A stretch of DNA of 64,000 nt from the NCBI GenBank assembly GCA_951406725.2, contig OX597814.1, positions 63,798,001 through 63,862,000 of the forward strand, written 5' to 3'. Positions 31,230-45,120 of the stretch are shown here, piece by piece; positions within the stretch are counted from its first letter, which is position 1; the number at the start of each line of letters is the position of its first letter. The translations under genes were made by a program, and so were the position numbers. The stretch comes from Octopus vulgaris. Lineage: Eukaryota. The notes beneath the pieces were generated by a model, which did not search any database, had not been told where the DNA came from, and was given only the letters and a program-made list of their open reading frames with translations.

Positions 31230-33860
31230 GTTTTTTTTTTTAAACAGCTATGCCCACTTCAAATAAGGGGAACCGGGCTAACAAAGCTGCCGTAAGGCAG
31301 AAAAAAGACAGAAGAATTAACAAAAGGCAATCCCAAGACGGAAAACCTAAAACAAGCAATAAAATAGTTACTCAACTTAGCAGCCGAAATAACATGTCCG
31401 TTCAGTTCCAGATGATTGTAACAACTATTTCTTTATTGCCCACAGGAGGCTAAACATAAAGATGCCTGTCAGGATTCCTTTCACACGGATCTTCCATACC
31501 ACTTCTTTCGCTATAGCGGCCACAGCAAGAAAATAAGCCTTGCCTTCTTTTTTAAAAGAGGGAGGTCTCGAGGTGGTGGTTAGGCGCCATTCTCGCAGCT
31601 AACACTGTGGGTGCGGAGCCAGATTCCAGTGCTTCGTCTACAGTCCTAACTAAAGCCCTTCCTACTCTATTTTTCTAAGCCACTAATTCTTTATTATACC
31701 TAATAGACTCAAATTTTATGGCTCTTGGGGGGGGGCATACCACCACTGTAGTTAATAATGGTACCATACAATGCTCTCACCACTAACTGTCTAACCCGAA
31801 TCCGTACTTATGAGTCTATGGTAATCCTCCAAGCCACTTGTAGCCGGATCCCTGTCTACCTAACTATCTAAGTTCAGCCTACAGGTCACAAATTTGTGGT
31901 CTCTGTAGCTGACATAGTAAAATTGTGGACGACTAACTAGTTTTTTGTCTATTTCCCTAATTAGAATCCTGTATAAGTAAGACCTAGATGACCCATCGCT
32001 ATTAGTTCATGTCCACAAAGTATTATCTGGGACATCTAGTCTGTAACGGTCTGCTAGCTGAAATCGACTGAGCATATTGAAGTATGGATTTCCCCTCCTA
32101 TTAGTAGACGAGACAACGTAATCTACATGTGCATCGCAGATTACGTTAAAGACACCTAACATTACTATGGTGTGAGAAGTCCCAAGAAACCTCTCCAGAC
32201 CTCGAAAAAAATCAGACTGTCCAGTTCCCGAGGGCGCATAGACAGCTACTTGCCTGAAGACCTTACCGCTGCTTAGTGTCACGTCAAGAACGACCAACCT
32301 ACCTTCCGTGTCGATGAACATCGTTCTTGTCTCTAAATCCACATTTTTCCTGAGCAGTACAGCAACGCCTCTCTCTCCTGGTAGGCATGGAGAAATAATT
32401 TATTTCGTAATCATTTAGGAGTGGGGAAAGAATCTTTGACTTCTCAGTCTGGACTCTATGGCAACTATAATATCCATTCTATGCGACCTGAAGTCATTAA
32501 GGAAACGACCTTGTTTCCACTCTGACCCCAGGCCGCGTACTTTCAAACACCCTACATTAAGAATATCCATGATGGTTATACTTACAGTTTGAGATGGGGT
32601 GGTACGTTCATCTCATTCCTTTTGTTTTTCGTCCGGGGCCTGTGAGGTGTCGTTAACTAGGCCCTCAAACATTAATGGGGAAAAGTCTTTCTTCAGAGGA
32701 CCCATGTCGTTTTTAAATCGGTTTGCCAACATGTTATAGTTGGCTTTGTCTATTTCCTAAATAGCAATGTTTTGGGTGCTGTCATTTCTTTCGTAGTCTT
32801 TGGTTGCGTTGGCCGCATACGGTATGTCTTTTAGTCACTGTAGGAGTGACTTGTAAGTCGTCACTTCTGCAGTATAATCCATGTCTAGATGAGTGGAGAA
32901 CATTTTGGGCTGGGATTCGTTTTTCTTTTTTGTAGTTATGTGATCTATTTGTTTTATTTTTTGCTTTAATGTAGGGCTAATGGGGTTGGATGGGGAGGGG
33001 TTTTTCTTTTTCTGGAGAAAATTTCCCACCTTTCTCCTTGAGCTTCCTCCACTTCCTCTTCCTCCGTTTTATTTTCCGACATTTGATTCTGCGTTTCACC
33101 TGCAAGCTTCTGTTTGTTTTTCTTCAGGTGGGAAAGCCGCTGCGTTTCGGGAGGAGGTTTGCACTCGGACCTAATGTGGCCTTTTTGGCTGCTTTTGTAG
33201 CATCGAGGCATTCTCCCCTCTACCGTGACTCGCAGCTTAGTCTCCCCCATCTGTATAGTTTCTATAATATTTTCTAAATCAGCCTGTAAAATCATTTCGA
33301 AGCCTTGCCCCTGCCAATTCTGCAGTCCAAGTGTTGAGGCTTGGAGAATTGTGATCTTCTCCACCAAGCCGTTTATTATGGCTGCCACCAGCCAAGTGGG
33401 AGCTACTTCGGGTGGGATGTCTCTTACCTTAATCTTGGAATTCTGTCTTCCAAGATAAGTAGGTAGGAGAACCACCTCCGCAGTTTTAATGGCTCCGTTG
33501 ATGCTTGTTTTGCCTTTTCTTCGGTTTTAAAACGGACTTCTATTGTGACATACTTCACTCCTCTTGTGATGTATGCCACATCATTCCAAACTGGACGGAG
33601 GAAGCTTCGCCGCCTCTTGTGTTATTCAGTTTGTTTGTTTTTTTTGTTTTTTTACTTTGATCAGAAATGATTTATATATCATGCAGTGAATTCTGCGTCG
33701 TTTCACAGGGAGAGTAATCACTGTTTCGCTCCCCTCTCTTTTCATCATAGCTTTGTATTTTCTGAGCTCATCGCTTCCACGATTTATTGTCTCTTTTGAA
33801 ACACCGGCCGCTGCTGAAAAATTGCTAGCTTTTCTTCCTTGCATAAACTCCTGTCGGCAT
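31230..33860 (-). mobile_element. Internally deleted Tx1/L1-like LINE (ORF1 with Zn knuckle, APE endonuclease, 3' tail)
   Basis: ORF 32966..33475 has 'CYKSSQKGHIRSEC'. The APE start 'MDILNVGCLKVRGL' lies near 32570. ORF 32007..32342 has 'EGRLVVLDV...VAVYAPS...LGVFN'. A poly(A) tail appears as T-run at 31230. Confidence 0.85.
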
Positions 33861-33956
33861 GCTAATTAAAACTGTGCTGTTTTATCCGCTTCTGATATCT
33901 TCTCATTCACTTGAACCAGGTTCACTATTGGTCTTGGTTTTCATAGGGGATTTGTC

Positions 33957-34130
33957 TTTTTTTTTTTTTAAAATACAACAGTATTTCCCCCCTTCATACA
34001 AAGGGGAAAACGTTAACAAAGGTCTGCCACAAGCAGGAAAATAGGTGTTTAAAAACACTCAACAAAAGTTCAACAACGTAATTTATCAACAGTGCAAATT
34101 CAACAATTACACACAAATATTACAACTTAC
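33957..34130 (-). mobile_element. 3' tail of a related Tx1-like LINE
   Basis: T-run followed by 'ccccttcatacaaaggggaaaacgttaacaaagg.tgcc..aagcagg', similar to 31240-31300. Confidence 0.5.
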
Positions 34131-37100
34131 GCCAAACCTTTCGAATAACGCACAAACATACACGACATGATCGTAACAACATTAAAAAATATTAATGTTA
34201 ATTTATTGATGCATTTAGGCAAGTTTATGTCTGTACTATCAGACAATTGCAAAAAATGTTTTAAAAAATTGAAAACTCTGCAAAAATCATGTAGAAATTC
34301 TTCATAGTTCAAAACTTGCTTACTTTTTACTCAACCTGATAATAATCAATAGATTATGTAAAAGGCGCGGATAATGTCGGCCTTCGGATATATCTCTCAG
34401 TATTTATGCTCTTTATTTACGGATAAAAAAAATAGACAGATGTAAGATAAAAAATGAAGGTGTGTTGAAAATGGACCTATTGTGAGTAAACTAAAATGCT
34501 ATTCATTTTTATTTTGCACAAGAGCAACTCTTGAATGAATTGGTATATTTTTTCAACTGAATACATCCCAATATATTAGAAATATCTTTTTGTAGATCCA
34601 TCATACTATGGACGTATGAAAGGAAAGTCGGCTTCATTGTCGGTTTAAAAATCTGAACCTATATCAGAGAATTTGTAGAATACATGTCACTGAATAACTC
34701 AAGTAACAGATCACAAACCAAAGGTCAGTATTAACATAACGTGTTACCTGAAATGCAATGTGTTCTTTACGGACCAATGTTATCTTTAAATGACTTGGCT
34801 GTAACACTAAGTGGCATAATTTATCGTTATGTTCTATACCAACAGCGAAGGTAAACTCAAAGTCTTAAGTTCTATTTCTGTAGTACGAAGACAACTTTCT
34901 TGGGCAGTGAGAATATTTATTCCAAATATTTAACAGAACTAAGACCAAGATACGCTTTGGTTGAGGAGAAATTTAATGAAACCAATTTTTTTCACGTCAT
35001 AATTTTTTTTTCAATGTTCGGATAATTTTCATCTAGATTTAATTTGTTGGCAGTAAATATCTGGAAACATTGTGAAAAATTAAGAACACTGATTACCCTA
35101 ATTACCCTAAAGCAGTTCTGATTCAAAGATATATTTACCGGCCTTCTCGATGTAGCTATAAAAAAAGAGCAAACGTGGGGCATCTGTATGGTGGCTCGAT
35201 CTGTTAGAAATAATTGCCAGATCCTCCTGAAGTTGCAACCGTCTTAAAAATGGGGCAGAAACATTATAACATTAGATAATGTGGTTATAGATAACCTTAA
35301 ACAGATGAAATAACTTAGCTGATAGCAATGCTCAATCGGTTCTGACCTGAGCTACTCTCACAAAAATAAATGACTGAATCATATTACATATGCTGTAAAT
35401 AACCTTTCGTTAAACCTAACCAGTCATTAGGTTACATTTATATATAAGTCTATTGGTGCAGAGCTATTAATACTTTCTTACAACAGTAACAATCCATAAT
35501 TCTTGAATCGGTCATAATCTATAACTAATATTTATTTGAGGTGTAGTTTGCAATAGCTTATATCTCACGATTAGTTAATGAGATGTAAAAAGGCTGAGAT
35601 GGTGCATTACAAACCTTGAAATCCCTATTTGTAGATGATACACTCTAGCGAAAATCTAAACAATCCAATTAGATACGAAGAATTTATTACGTTACCGTTT
35701 ATATGAGTATTTACTTAAATAGTCGTACGGATAGTTAACACTAAATTAGAGAGTGCATGTCGTTTATCTTCACGTGAAACTTAATAAAGAAGATCCATTG
35801 TTCTAGTTGCCATCGTTTCATGTTATCTTTTCAAATAGAGTATCTGTTTCTACAATATAGCGTTTGACTTGAGGGAGATTTGCCTGCTATTTCGTGCATG
35901 TTGGACGATCACATATTTCAGAGGACGTCAGCCTGTTTGCATCTGTGTGTAGATAGCTTATTAATGAATAGACGGCGCCAAATAAATGCCACAACATATT
36001 TGAAAAATGAGAATTATCTATTTAAATACACCGAGTTAGAATTTCTTTTATCGAATCAGCAAAGGAGGCGAGCTAGAAGATCCTTTTAGTTTGTAGATTA
36101 TTAATCAATAAATTCAATTATTTCCCCATTTATTTTAACTAGGACATCTTTAGAATCTATTAAAAAGACATAAGCATTATTTAAAACATAAAAAGAATGA
36201 ACATGGAGAGTTGAATAGGGGTAAATTATGTATAATAAAAAGTATATTTAATTTCAATGCCTCAGTCGATGAATCAATGTCAAAATCGATGTTATTTATT
36301 GCTTGAAAGAATATCAATACTGGGTGTCAAGTAGACTGAGGTCAATGACGAAACATCATCCAAATGGGATCAGTTAATTTTGTTTTCTAATAGTATTTGA
36401 TGCGCAATATTTTTGAAAATATATCTTCACACAACTGCTTTCTGTCAAACAATGATGACATCTTTTATACATGGATGATAAATTTGGAATATTTCTCACT
36501 TGGATGTATATATAATTATGCACTGGAACTAGTCCTTAATCGGCTGATGAAATATATTTTACTCCACATAATTACAATAATAAACAGCTTGAACGCACAT
36601 GCTTAGCGAAAATCGGGTGAAAATTCTTTTCTTAATTCTTGAACCATAGTGTCAAAAATGTTTGATACTTAACAGCTGCTACACACCTCTTCAGAAATTC
36701 TAGTTTCCTACTGTTCCCGAAGAAGAAATAACCTGGTGTACAAATATCTTGAAAATATGGGCGCTCGGCGTCTAAGTTCCTTCGTTTTGCATTCAATTTT
36801 GTTTCTCGATTATATTCCAAAAATAGTTATGAACAAGTATCCTGATGTGAAGAGCTGACAGAAAACTGTGCAACAACGTCAACAATACAAATTTTTTCAC
36901 TGCTTGTTCAAAAGCCAGTAAAAATATAAGTAACTGCCAATAACATAAGAGAAATACGTGTATGCTTTACATGTATTCTTTAAATATGTCGTGTTATTCT
37001 TCCATAAGTTTTGTTTATATAAAATCTTTCCATATTAGAGGGTTTTTTTTTCATTGGTAAGTCAGGTCTTTTTTCTGTAGTATATATACTCGCTGGTTTC

Positions 37101-37923
37101 AATAATCTTGTCCGCTCCGATCGCATTATGAATGGGTGCTTCAGAGAAAGCTATCGATTCCTACACAGCTGAGGACAGAGATGTCTGTCAGCAACATCGA
37201 TATATACAAAAAGCTTACATTAATGGGATTATTAGCCAATTTATTTTATATGGTAACGTTCAACATGCATTCGACCGGTTAATTTTTTCCAAAAATTTTC
37301 ATCATAACCCAAAGCAATTCTTAATTTGTTGTAAACCAGTGAAATAAATAAATACTTACACAGTTGAATTAATATATAGCTTGTTATTTTCTCTTTATTT
37401 TTCTCTTTCCTCATGTATACTTTCCGTAAAGAGCAAAGGCTCGAAATGCTAATGATTTCTTACAATTTTCATGAACGTCAGCCTAATATATTATTTCTTT
37501 CTTTCTTTTTTTTTACCTCATTTTCGTATTTTTGTTTTGTACCACATATAATATAAGCTCACGTGGTCACACCACTTTGATCTTGTCTGATAGAGGTAGT
37601 CCAAATGGAGTTCCAGGGGTAATCCGAATAGAATTTTTATGGTAAGGTAGTCCTTGAGAGGTGGTAATGGTCTAAGATGTAGGACGAAGACAGAGGGAGC
37701 CCGAAAGAGGATTACCTCTGTTACTCTACTTGGAAGATCACCTTCCTGGATCTTACTCTGCATTGTTGTTAACCTATATCATGCAAACACAGAAACATTA
37801 TACATATAAGCACTAAGGTTAAACATAACAAGAATATATAAAACTGTAATACACATCTTATACATACATAAACACGCACACATAAATTATGTATATACGC
37901 ACAGATACACACACATAAGTATT

Positions 37924-37974
<51 letters not shown>

Positions 37975-40900
37975 GGAGGAGAGAAAGAAAGTGATCCTGA
38001 ATCTTAAATGAGTTTTTAGCTAGAGTTAAACTTTACTACGTCTACACTTTGCATATTTCTCTCTTTGTATTTAAACATATGTCTATGCGGTATCATTTAG
38101 CTTTCCTTCATTATATTTTTATCTATATATTCTGCTATTTAGACATAAAACTGTTACACTGTAGCTGTTGTTTATTTCACTATTGCAAACAAGTGACAAA
38201 GGATATAGGTGTTTTATATGTTAATAATTCTTGTTGCGCACTCTAATGTGATAATACGTATTTTCTGGTGCCAACTAGACTTCACTGTATTAGTTTTCGA
38301 CAACTTGGATTCTCTTTAATTTGTATTTAAGCTCGTTAATCACAATACACAAACAGTCAAACTATAAGAAGTTGCACATAAAAAAGAAGTGAAGAAATAA
38401 TCCTTAACTAAATAAAATCAAAATATAATCTAAAATATAAAATGTAAAAAATATATCGTCAATGGTTAAATAAAATACAAAAAAGTACAAAAATTATTTT
38501 AAATAAAATATCTTTGGTTTGATAGAAATTGCATTGAATAATTATATGGAAAGAAATGGGGAAATAATAGAAGGGAAACATCTAAAAATAAATATAACAC
38601 CATTCGTTTATTTTTACTCTTTGGAGGTCTGTTAATCTGTTACAATATATCTATCTATTTTTCTTAAAGACTACTTATATCGCAATCAATCTATTTGTAT
38701 ACCAGATTATTTTACTTGCGTTCACTATTGAACAGTTGCAATTAATGAAAATTTGAAAACTCAGATATTGAGAAATTTTGGCGGTTTAGTAAATATATTC
38801 AGTGTCTTGCATATGTATCCTTAATACGTTCCAGCAGATTTGAACAGGAATTTACTAATCACTGTTCTCTATCACGGGAGAACAACTTCATGTTTATGAA
38901 GAATGTGTGTTCATAACACATTCTATTCATTTTTACAAAGCATTCTGGGACAACCGGTGTTTCGACATCGTTGTATCCCGTCAGCGAGAAGCATTTCCTG
39001 ACCATTGAATTTAACAAGAGCTGATGTATATGTTTATCTCTTCAGCGAGCACACTGTTCCCTGGTCCATGTTGATATCTGCCTGCTATATGCATGGTGAA
39101 CTGCATGAATTAAAATAAGATTTGCAACTATTGTTGTTATTTCACAGTTCGCGTGAGATATATGAAAATCAAAAGACTTTAGCTCTTCGTGGTGAGCAAT
39201 TTAGAACAAAATGAGTGAGATTTTTCTAAAGCCCAAACACGCATAATTATACGTTTAAGGAAGGAGATGTCTATGGCAAATTCACTCCAATATGTGGAAA
39301 AATCTCTTGGCGGGGAAAGAAGTTCCGCTAGAAGTAAACATCTGATGGCTGACAGTTTCACAAACATACTATATGTAGGAAAGTCACACTGGAAGAGCTG
39401 CGAGTCAGGTACTGCTAAAGGTGTGATCATACAAACAAAATCTGGAATCATTAAGAAAGTATCTGACGTCTTATACTCTCCAAAAAAGCGTAGTTATCCA
39501 TATTAGCGGACGATAAAAACTTTAAAAGTCGTCTATGCAGTGTAAAGATCCATTTGAAGGCTTTCTAACCACAACAAAAACGGATGAATTACAGCAGAAC
39601 TGCAATCCTACAGACCCCACTCAAAATAAACATCAATCATTATAAAACCAACAGCAAAGCCCCACAAATGCAACAGTCAAGGATGATGCAAAATATGTGA
39701 CAACAGCATCAGCAACAAGAAATCTGTCAAATACTACAGAAACAGTGCCAACTAAAACTGCAACAATAATTACTACAGCAACAGCTCCAACAACAAAACA
39801 GCAGCAACAACAGTTAAAGGCATCTCTGAATTAATAAGCGACTCGGTTACCAAACATTCCTTAACAGAAGATCATCTAGAATGCTCTCAAATCTATCACA
39901 GCAAAGTACAAACACAACTGGGCACATATTGACAGATTCACCTCTAAATGCTGCTAAAGCATACTCTGAATCAGAGATATTGCCGAGTGACATAGTGCAG
40001 TCAACATAGCAAATTAAAGAGTTCTGTGACAGAAAGAAAATATAGATAGAAAAGAGCCATCATAAGATTAAAGCCTGTATATTTAAAGGACTCTTAGGCG
40101 TTCTCCAAAACCACAATATACTCACACAGCCACCAGTCCACATTACATAAACGTCTGATACACAACCAGAAACATAAATTCAAAACAAACTAATTAAAAG
40201 AAAATCAATTACAAGTACTCAGAACGTAAAGAACTGGGAAAATAATACCACTAAGCAAATAGTCCAACGTTCACGGACTGCAATTTTGCGAGACAGGGAC
40301 TCAGTGATAACATCGATTTTAGCACTTTGCTGTATTTATTTTATAGAATTTCTTGGAATCGACCTCTTTGGAATTTGAACTCAGAAGGTAAACATCCAAT
40401 AGATGAAATGGCTCTTAAAGGACTAGGATCGTTTGCCATTAAGTAAAAATGATCAATCTTTGCCAAATTGTATTGTGAGAGAAGACATTAATGTCATGTA
40501 AAAGCCCCTGGTATTAACACACACACACGCACACACACATATGTAACAATATATTAATAATAATTATTATTTGAAGAAAATAAATGTTTGTGTGTTTCTT
40601 TGCTTTTTGTTTGTCTGTTTGTGTGCACGTGTGTGTGGTATAGGTTTACTTATTCATAAAGGTAAACTTCTCTATGAACGAAGACTTAAATGAGTTTTAT
40701 GGCAGAGCATGTTACTTGTATTTCAGAGTTTTGAACATTTTCTGACTACCGCTCCCTAGATGAAACAACGCCTAACTTTACTGTAAGACAGCATATATGT
40801 CTGTGCGTGTGTGCGTGCGTGCGTGCGTGCGTGTATGTGTGCGTGTTTTTGCGTGCGTGTGTGAGTGGTGATGTTCGATATATTATTCGTGCGTGCTGGA

Positions 40901-41330
40901 GGAAAGAGAGGGTTTCTCTGAACGTATCGAGAAGATTAGAGATTGTATTGCAAAAGTCAAAACTAATCCATCATGATATTTTACCAATTCTGAATAAGAT
41001 TACAGTACTTCTGTGCTGGAAGAGTATCTTTCTAGGTTTGCATTGATATATTAGCACTATTCATTCTCTCACAAGAAACCATATACTCACTTGAGCGTGC
41101 GTATTTTAGATGATACATACATACATACATACATACATACATACATACATACATACATACATACATACATACATACATACATGCATACATATATATATAC
41201 ATATATATAAATTCCCCTTTTTATCTATAGATACGAACATACGTATTATATACGTACGTACGTACATATATAAAATACAATATATATATAAAATATATAT
41301 ATATATAAATATATATACATGTGTATGTAC

Positions 41331-41363
<33 letters not shown>

Positions 41364-41430
41364 TACATGCATATATATGCATATATAAATACACACACGC
41401 ACACATATATATATACACACACACACACAG

Positions 41431-41494
<64 letters not shown>

Positions 41495-41497
<3 letters not shown>

Positions 41498-44064
41498 CAT
41501 ACCTCAGCCTACGTTGTTAACTGGTTTCAGGAGACACGACTTAAGTCGAATTAACTTGTCTCTAGACTAGGCTAGGCCGAATTACGTATCTCTAGTCTAA
41601 ACCGATAATAACCATTTCCAGTTCTGTACTTTATTTATGAATGAATTTTCAATAATACATTGTTAATAAAAACCTATTTTAAGCTTACAAGTAAATAATT
41701 TTCCTTTTTTAACACAGTACAGTCAAAAAAAGTAGTCTAAATTTACGAATACTATTTAGCGTTGTTTTCCGTACATCAAAGACGCTTTATTTATGAATGC
41801 GGTTTGCAATAAGACATGGTAAAATAATAGCCATTTTTATGCTTAAAAACCAAATTCATTAATTATTATTATTTTGCAATACTAAAAAAAGAGTAAATTA
41901 TTTCAAATTTACCAGTACGTACATACAATTTGTTGTTTGCACAGCAGATGAAGATGGCTGTAGATCGTCAACATCAGCGGCTGACTATGGCTGCTGTTGT
42001 TCGATGCGCTTAAAAAGTCGGTTTTGAGTTCCTTGAATTGTCTTATTCTTCTTTTCCTCAAGGATTACATTATAAGGACCAAAAGCTTCGTGAGAGCTTC
42101 CGCCCCCTCAATCTTGGGAGAGCGTTGAGCATTGGGATCCATATCCTCGAACATAGAAAGACTTTTTTCGATATATGCAAATGCTTGCTACATTTTCTTA
42201 ATCGTAAAATAACGTGGGTCAGGTTCGACTTCCTTTTCTTCTTTATTTTGATGCTCGTGAAGCTCTATTCAATCATCGTTCGTCAGGGGCTGCTTGTCGT
42301 TTTCAAATAAATCTGTGAAATCCTCCTCCTCCAAATCCGTTTCCAGTTTTTTTTTGCTCGTAGTTACCAACGTTTTGTTGATGTCAACGTTATCAAACCC
42401 CTATAAATCATTCACGAACTGCGAGCAAAGCTTCTTGCATAGACCATTCATAGCTGTGCTCTGCATATCATTCCATGCCGCTTTTATGTCCTGCACAGCC
42501 TTGTAGATATCGTATCTCTTCCAAAAATCACGAAGTGTGATGGACTCATCAAGATCAGCTCCAGATATTGCTTGCCGCAGCGTACGCTTGAAGATAGCAG
42601 TTATTCCCTGATCCATTGGCGGCAGAAGAGATATAGTGCCCGTAGGGAGGTACACGACGGTAACGTTGGGGTCAAAATCTAGGATGCTTTTCGGGTGGCT
42701 AGGAGTATTATCTAAGATAAGGAATTCCCTTCTCCTTACAGTACTTCTCTGCTGCTGGGATAAAATGATTGAAGAACCAATCTTCAAAAGCAAGAACAGT
42801 TACACACGCTTTTGAATTAGCCATCCAGACAGCAGGGAGAGATGCCTTGGGTATGTTCTTCAGGGCACGGGGTTGTGTGCATGATACACAAGCAATGGCT
42901 TTAACTTAAAATCTCCTGCACAATTACCTCCTAACATAATGGTCACACGTTCTTGAGACCTTGTAACCTGAAATAGTTTTCTCCTCCTTGGAAATGAATG
43001 AACGGTGTTGCAATTTTTTCCAATGCAATCCAGTTTATTCTACGTTAAAAAACTGTTCGTGAAGAAAGCCGTTTTCTTCGATGATTTTCTTTAATGCATT
43101 AGGAAATTCCGCTGTTGCTTGTTCGTCAGCTGATGCAATTTCACCTTGCTATTTAATGGAGTGATAACCTCTTCGCTCCTTAAATCTCATGACCCATCCT
43201 TGACTTGCCTTGAACTCCACATCTTTGTCATCTGTATATTTTTTCTTCATGTCCTCAAACAAAGACAACGCTTTCTCTTGAATGATTTCTTGACCAAAAG
43301 TAGCCCGTTGACGATTCAACCTAGCAATCCAAAGAGACAGAAGACTTTCCATTTCTTCAAAGATTTTACTCTTTTCTTATTAATGACAGTGTTCTTAATC
43401 TCTGGGGCTTAAGATCTTGTCCTTATTATGTACAATCGTCAATACAGTTGGCAGATTCATCCCAAATGGTCGTGCAATTGCTACCGTTTTCACCTTTTCA
43501 CCGTTTTCATGGCGTTTTGTCATAGCCAGTTTATCTTCCAGCCTTATAACATGTCGCTTAGCACTTTCACTATGAATTCCCTTCGGAGCCATGGGGGCAA
43601 AAAATAAATTCGCAAATGAATGAGAATGAGAAAGTAGCCGATAAACAGACGTAAAGAAATCTGAATTCAAAATAATCCTGGGAATCATGAGTGATAACGA
43701 GGCCTAACGGTAGCAATTTGAACTACAGTACAATATGAGCTCCGAAAGACCGATAGATAAGACAACATAGCTGATTTCATGATTTCGTTCACTAAGCTAC
43801 AGTACTTTATGGTGTGTATCTTAACATGTACTGCACTTATTTTAATATGATTTTATACGCTTAGACTCTTGTTTATTGTAAGGTAGCATGATTTTATGTG
43901 TTTCTAATGGTTTTCTAGTGATTTTATGATTCCAATATTTGTGGCGGATAGACGTGAAGCTGAGTGAAAGGATTTAACTTAATTTTTTATTTCATTATAT
44001 ATTACTTTTTGAAAACCACGTATTATCGAAGACGACTTAAAACGAAACGACTTGCGTCGAAATA

Positions 44065-44068
<4 letters not shown>
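41495..44068 (-). mobile_element. Tigger/pogo (CENP-B-like) DNA transposon, decayed
   Basis: ORF pieces give the HTH 'RHVIRLEDKLAMTKRHENGEK', 'FKASQGWVMRFKER' and DDE 'LILDNTPSHP...YLPTGTISLLPPMDQGI'. The left end 'aggcatacctc' is Tigger-like, subterminal 'acgactt..gtcgaa' motifs occur at both ends, and it is flanked by (TA)n. Confidence 0.88.
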
Positions 44069-44136
<68 letters not shown>

Positions 44137-44489
44137 CTACCCGTGACCCGATTTATGCGAAACTTGTTTTATTCTTCTTGTAGTCACGTTTCTTTGGGAC
44201 CTTACTTTCATAGTATTTCCTCATTATGTGCCTTTTTGGCTATTTATAAAGGTGTTGACAGTAAAGGAAAAGAAATTTAGACTTCACTGCTTAAACTTGT
44301 GGAAACAAACCCCAAAACCCCGGGTATCTCGGGAATCCATGGTCCGATTTACGCGAAACTTGTTTTATTCCGTTTGTTTTCACATTTAAGGTGTGCCTTA
44401 CTTCCAGAGTATTTTCCTATTATGCGCCGATTTGCTTGTTTTAAATTACAGTGAAGAACGCAAACAAATATGGCTATCACAGAGTTTTG

Positions 44490-44542
<53 letters not shown>

Positions 44543-44944
44543 TATATATACTACTAATTATTTGAGGGAATATTATTCCTAACTTACAGGGAAAATTCAA
44601 TTTAGAAATACTAAATCAAATTTCACAAAATATAATATATATATATAAAAATTGGAAAAAAAACACCTTTTATCAATTTAAAATGAACAATTATATTACA
44701 CCATCTAAACAATTACATATAATAGAAATATTAAAAATAAAATAACAATAATATACCAATGACTAAGTAAATTGCAAAATAATAAAAAAGTATATATATA
44801 TATATATATAAGAAAATAGTAAAGTGTGAAAAAACGACAGAAGGCTTAAATGTTAAAAAATATATATATTTGTGTCAAAATGTCTGGAGAATATTGGAAA
44901 ATTTTTTTTCCTTTCCTTAAAATGACATAATTTAAAAATTTTTA

Positions 44945-44984
44945 AAGAAATTACCGGTTTCGCGTGTAGCTTTTCAAATTTCTT
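44945..44984 (-). ncRNA. Minimal hammerhead ribozyme (PLE 3' UTR, inverted copy)
   Basis: Reverse complement of 48760-48799. Confidence 0.75.
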
Positions 44985-45120
44985 GTGACGTTATGTTTAT
45001 ATTGCATGGAATTATCGTTGTTTTTATTTCCAGGAGATTTCTAAATAAGGGGAGGTAGTGAGTGATTTTTTCCGGTGTAGGGGAGATAATCGCTTAAAAA
45101 TTTTTTTTCCCATTTCCTTG

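Noticed and set aside
38945-38992. CTGACGG-stem-GAAAC motif on the minus strand
   Set aside because: A9 is mutated and stem I does not pair, so it could be chance.
39179-40200. Possible host exon or CR1 3' remnant
   Set aside because: Only vague LINE-like similarity, many stops and no splice evidence, so not confidently assignable.
44140-44440. Diverged ~200-bp-period duplication (ccgattta.gcgaaacttgtttt)
   Set aside because: Two degenerate units, probably internal repeats of a non-autonomous element. Not CRISPR-like.
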